A stretch of 64,000 nt of DNA from an uncultured Gemmatimonadales bacterium. Its GTDB lineage: Bacteria; Gemmatimonadota; Gemmatimonadetes; Longimicrobiales; Longimicrobiaceae. The stretch lies in NCBI GenBank assembly GCA_963716255.1, contig OY970303.1, positions 5,888,001 through 5,952,000 on the forward strand, in the 5' to 3' direction. The stretch's first letter is position 1; every line of letters begins with the position of its first letter. Shown here piece by piece: positions 61,173-64,000 of this stretch. The position numbers and the translations under genes are program-made. The notes under the pieces are model-generated. The model saw only the letters and a list, made by a program, of their open reading frames with translations. It was not told the DNA's origin and searched no databases.

Positions 61173-61193
61173 GCGGGTCCTCGGCTGATTTTG

Positions 61194-61229
61194 AAAAGGC
61201 CGCACCGTGGCTTCGCGGTGCGGCCTTTT
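61194..61229. terminator. Intrinsic terminator
   Basis: AAAAGGCCGCACCG...CGGTGCGGCCTTTT. Confidence 0.85.
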
Positions 61230-61352
61230 GCCTTTGCAGAACGTCGCGTCTTCGAGCGAGCGGGTTCACATGGGTCCATCAACATGCTTGGCCCACCCCT
61301 TGGGCCGGGCTAAATTACGCAGGTCCCTTTTCCGTCCTCGCAGAGGTGTGAC

Positions 61353-61592
61353 ATGGCCGATGCCAGACCCACTGCATTGCCTGATGGCAGTGTCGTTCAC
61401 AGCGATCCTGAAATTCTCTCGGGAACACCCGTGTTCGTCGGGACCCGCGTCCCTGTCCAGACACTCATCGAGTATCTGGAAGGCAGCTATAGCGTCGACG
61501 AGTTCTTGGACAACTTTCCCAGCGTGAGGCGTGAACAGGTCAACGCGTTTCTCGAGCAGGCCACACGGGCTCTGCTGGCTCGGGTCGCGTGA
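61353..61592 (+). CDS. DUF433 protein (putative antitoxin)
   Basis: DPEILSGTPVFVGTRVPV...FLDNFPSV. Confidence 0.88.
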   Translation: MADARPTALPDGSVVHSDPEILSGTPVFVGTRVPVQTLIEYLEGSYSVDEFLDNFPSVRREQVNAFLEQATRALLARVA

Positions 61593-61915
61593 AGCGGGTA
61601 CTCCTCGACGAAAACCTTCCGCGCCTTCTAAAGAGAGATCTTCCGGAGTTCCACGTGTGTACCGTTGCGGATGCGGGATGGGCGGGGACAAAGAATGGAC
61701 GGCTTCTTCGTTTAGCGGAGAGCGAGTTCGACGTGTTCCTCACTGCCGACCGAAACCTCCCCCATCAGCAGACACTCGCTTCCCTGGACCTCGGTTTTGT
61801 CGTGCTGTCCGCGGGAAGCACCAGACTGGATGACCTTCGAGCGATCGCTCCACTGATCCGAAAGGCCATCATAGAGGTTCAGCCTGGTCAAGTCTGGTAC
61901 GTTCTGCCGACCTGA
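61589..61915 (+). CDS. DUF5615 PIN-like protein (putative toxin)
   Basis: VLLDENLP, GWAGTKNG, FLTADRNL; GTGA overlap with DUF433. Confidence 0.82.
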   Translation: MKRVLLDENLPRLLKRDLPEFHVCTVADAGWAGTKNGRLLRLAESEFDVFLTADRNLPHQQTLASLDLGFVVLSAGSTRLDDLRAIAPLIRKAIIEVQPGQVWYVLPT

Positions 61916-61934
61916 TCGCTCCGGTGCCGACCGT

Positions 61935-63230
61935 TCAGTAGCCCGGCTCCTCCCGCAGCGGCGCCCCGCCCAGCACGATCACCGGGAGGGTGTCGCCCGC
62001 CTCGAAGTCGCCTCCCGGCTCCGGCACCACCAGCAGCCCGTCCGCCGCCGCCATGGAGGTCAGCACGCCGGAGCTCTGCGATCCCGTGAGCGTCGCGACG
62101 AGCCCGCCCTGCTCCCGGTGCAGCCGTACGCGCAGGAAGTTGGTCAGCCCCGGCTTCACGGAAAGGCGCCCGGTCAGACGCGCCGGCTCGACCGGGGGAA
62201 AGACGGCGCGGCGTCCGCACATGCGCAGTAGCGCGGGGCGAACGAACACCTCGAACGTCACCACGGTGGAGACCGGGTTCCCCGGGAGCCCGAACCAGGG
62301 GATGCCTCCGAGCCCCGCCACCCGCCCGAACGCCAGCGCCGATCCCGGCCGCGCGCGCACCCGCCAGAAGCTCACCTCCGTCCCCAGCTCCTCCATCACC
62401 TCGCGCACGTGGTCGTGCTCGCCCACGCTGATCCCGGCGGTGGTCACCAGCGCGTCGCACCCGCGCGCCGCCTCCAGCTTCGCGCGCAGGCTCGCGCGCG
62501 TGTCCGCGGCGATCCCCAGCACGCGCGCCTCCAGCCCCGACTCCGCGAGCTGCGCCGCGAGCGCATGGCTGTTGGACGACACGATCCTGCGCCCCGCCAG
62601 CACCTCCGCGAAGTCCTCCACCTCCACCAGCTCGTCGCCCGAGGCGAGCACCGCCACCAGGGGCCGCCGCACGGTCGCCAGCTCCACCCGCCCGAGCGAC
62701 GCCGCCACCCCGATCTCCGCCGCGCGCAGCGGCGTTCCGGCGCGCAGCACAGTCTCGCCGCGCCGCACGTCCTCGCCGCGGCTGCGGACGTTCTTCCCCG
62801 CGTCCGCGCCCGAGCGCACCTCCACCCGCCCCTCCGCCGTGCCGATCCCGCTCCCGCCGTCCGTGTGCTCCACCCGCACCACCCCGTCGGCGCCCTCCGG
62901 CACCGGCGCGCCCGTCATCACCCGGATCGCCTCGCCGGGCCCCACCGGCCGCGCGGGAAAGCGCCCCGCCGGCACGTCGTCCACCACGCGCAGCGCCACG
63001 GGCCGCTCCGGCGACGCGCCGAGCACGTCCCCGCTGCGGACCGCGAAGCCGTCCATGGCGCTGTTGTCCCACGGCGGCAGGTCCACCGGCGAGGCCACGT
63101 CCTCCGCCAGCACCGAGCCGAGCGCGTCCGCCAGCGGCCGCCTCTCCGCGGGGAGCGGCGCCACGCCGCGCAGGATCATCTCCCGCGCCTCGCTCACCGG
63201 AAGCCAGTCCGCCTCGCGCCCGCGGCTCAC
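61935..63230 (-). CDS. moeA: Molybdopterin molybdotransferase
   Basis: PPWDNSAMDGFA, MTGAPVP, SGDEL, GLPGNPVS, QSSG. Confidence 0.96.
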   Translation of the reverse strand: MSRGREADWLPVSEAREMILRGVAPLPAERRPLADALGSVLAEDVASPVDLPPWDNSAMDGFAVRSGDVLGASPERPVALRVVDDVPAGRFPARPVGPGEAIRVMTGAPVPEGADGVVRVEHTDGGSGIGTAEGRVEVRSGADAGKNVRSRGEDVRRGETVLRAGTPLRAAEIGVAASLGRVELATVRRPLVAVLASGDELVEVEDFAEVLAGRRIVSSNSHALAAQLAESGLEARVLGIAADTRASLRAKLEAARGCDALVTTAGISVGEHDHVREVMEELGTEVSFWRVRARPGSALAFGRVAGLGGIPWFGLPGNPVSTVVTFEVFVRPALLRMCGRRAVFPPVEPARLTGRLSVKPGLTNFLRVRLHREQGGLVATLTGSQSSGVLTSMAAADGLLVVPEPGGDFEAGDTLPVIVLGGAPLREEPGY

Positions 63231-63245
63231 CGGCCGCGCCGCCGC

Positions 63246-63929
63246 TCAGGACACCCCATCGTCCACCTCCCCGGTCCGGGCGATCTCCTCCGCGCGGGCG
63301 TGGTCCGCGGGAGTGTTCACGTTCAGGAACACCACCTCCGGCGCGCCCCACCGCCGCACCTCGTCCAGCGGCAGCCGCGCCGTGCGCACCCGCGCCAGCA
63401 GCTCCACCAGCCGCCGCTCCCCCGACTCCAGCATCCGCTCCGCCTCCGCCAGGCAGCGCACCGAGTAGAAGGCGCACAGCGGCTCCACGCCCCGGCGGCC
63501 CGTGCTTTCCGGCGCCACCGCGTCCGCGTCGCCCTGCGTCCCCCGCTCCACCAGGGCACGCAGCAGGCCGGAGGGGAGGAAGGGGAGGTCGCAGGCGACG
63601 CAGAGCGCCCCGGGGCGCCCCTCCTCCGCGGCCCAGCGCAGCGCCGCGTGCACCCCGCCCAGCGCACCCGCCCCCGGGAGCGCGTCCGGGCGCACGCGCG
63701 GCCCCAGCCCCTCGAAAAGCTCCGGCCGGTTGGCCACCAGCACCACCTCGCCGAGCGCCCCGCGCGCAGCCTTCACGACACGGTCCACCACGCGCGCGCC
63801 CCCCACCCGCGCCAGCGCCTTCGGCGAGCCGAAGCGCCGGCTCTCGCCCCCCGCCAGCACCGCGGCGAAAGGGGGGCGCGGCGCAGGGGTTCCCGCGTTT
63901 GCGCCGGATCCGGTGGCGGCCGGCGTCAC
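63246..63929 (-). CDS. mobA: Molybdenum cofactor guanylyltransferase
   Basis: LAGGESRRFGSPKA, ACDLP, EPLCAFY, NVNTP; GTG start inferred. Confidence 0.9.
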   Translation of the reverse strand: MTPAATGSGANAGTPAPRPPFAAVLAGGESRRFGSPKALARVGGARVVDRVVKAARGALGEVVLVANRPELFEGLGPRVRPDALPGAGALGGVHAALRWAAEEGRPGALCVACDLPFLPSGLLRALVERGTQGDADAVAPESTGRRGVEPLCAFYSVRCLAEAERMLESGERRLVELLARVRTARLPLDEVRRWGAPEVVFLNVNTPADHARAEEIARTGEVDDGVS

Positions 63930-64000
63930 GAGGCCGCGCGGGGTGGAATCGGCATGCGGCAAGCTACGCCGCCGCGGATCGGCGAACAAGCGCGCACGCC

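Overview
Very GC-rich bacterial chromosomal window, mostly housekeeping genes. A Gemmatimonadota (Longimicrobium-like) origin is inferred from a SusC/SusD pair in a very high-GC genome and from the atp gene features; 23S phylogeny would test this. Contents: dnaK, purine nucleoside phosphorylase, scattered thiD/thiO/thiE, two tandem M48 lipoprotein peptidases, a TrmH-family methylase, pilD, a class I LysRS with a long C-terminal extension, and a complete F1Fo atp operon. Also present: a stand-alone 23S-5S rRNA unit with its own tandem promoters (no 16S upstream), an NtrC-type sigma54 activator, mltG/ruvX, a coupled receiver/diguanylate cyclase/ligA/V4R block, an internally deleted otsA remnant, tyrS, SusC/SusD plus a metallopeptidase, folK-ybdK-aroB, a UvrD-type helicase, an acyl-CoA ligase, a NYN-LOTUS-LOTUS-HhH protein, mpg, an IMPase, dodecin, a DUF433/PIN toxin-antitoxin pair, moeA and mobA. 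The most striking non-coding signal is a system of interspersed structured repeats: six copies of a ~130-bp multi-stem element (family A) and two copies of a ~145-bp triple-hairpin element (family B). Stem sequences change between copies while pairing is kept. Both families share one hairpin module (GAGAC-stem-GGCNGTTT-stem'-GGCTC), 12 instances in total, and three A copies are joined to a third C-rich/G-rich palindrome family (C). Several sigma54-type -24/-12 motifs are also visible, including one before dnaK.
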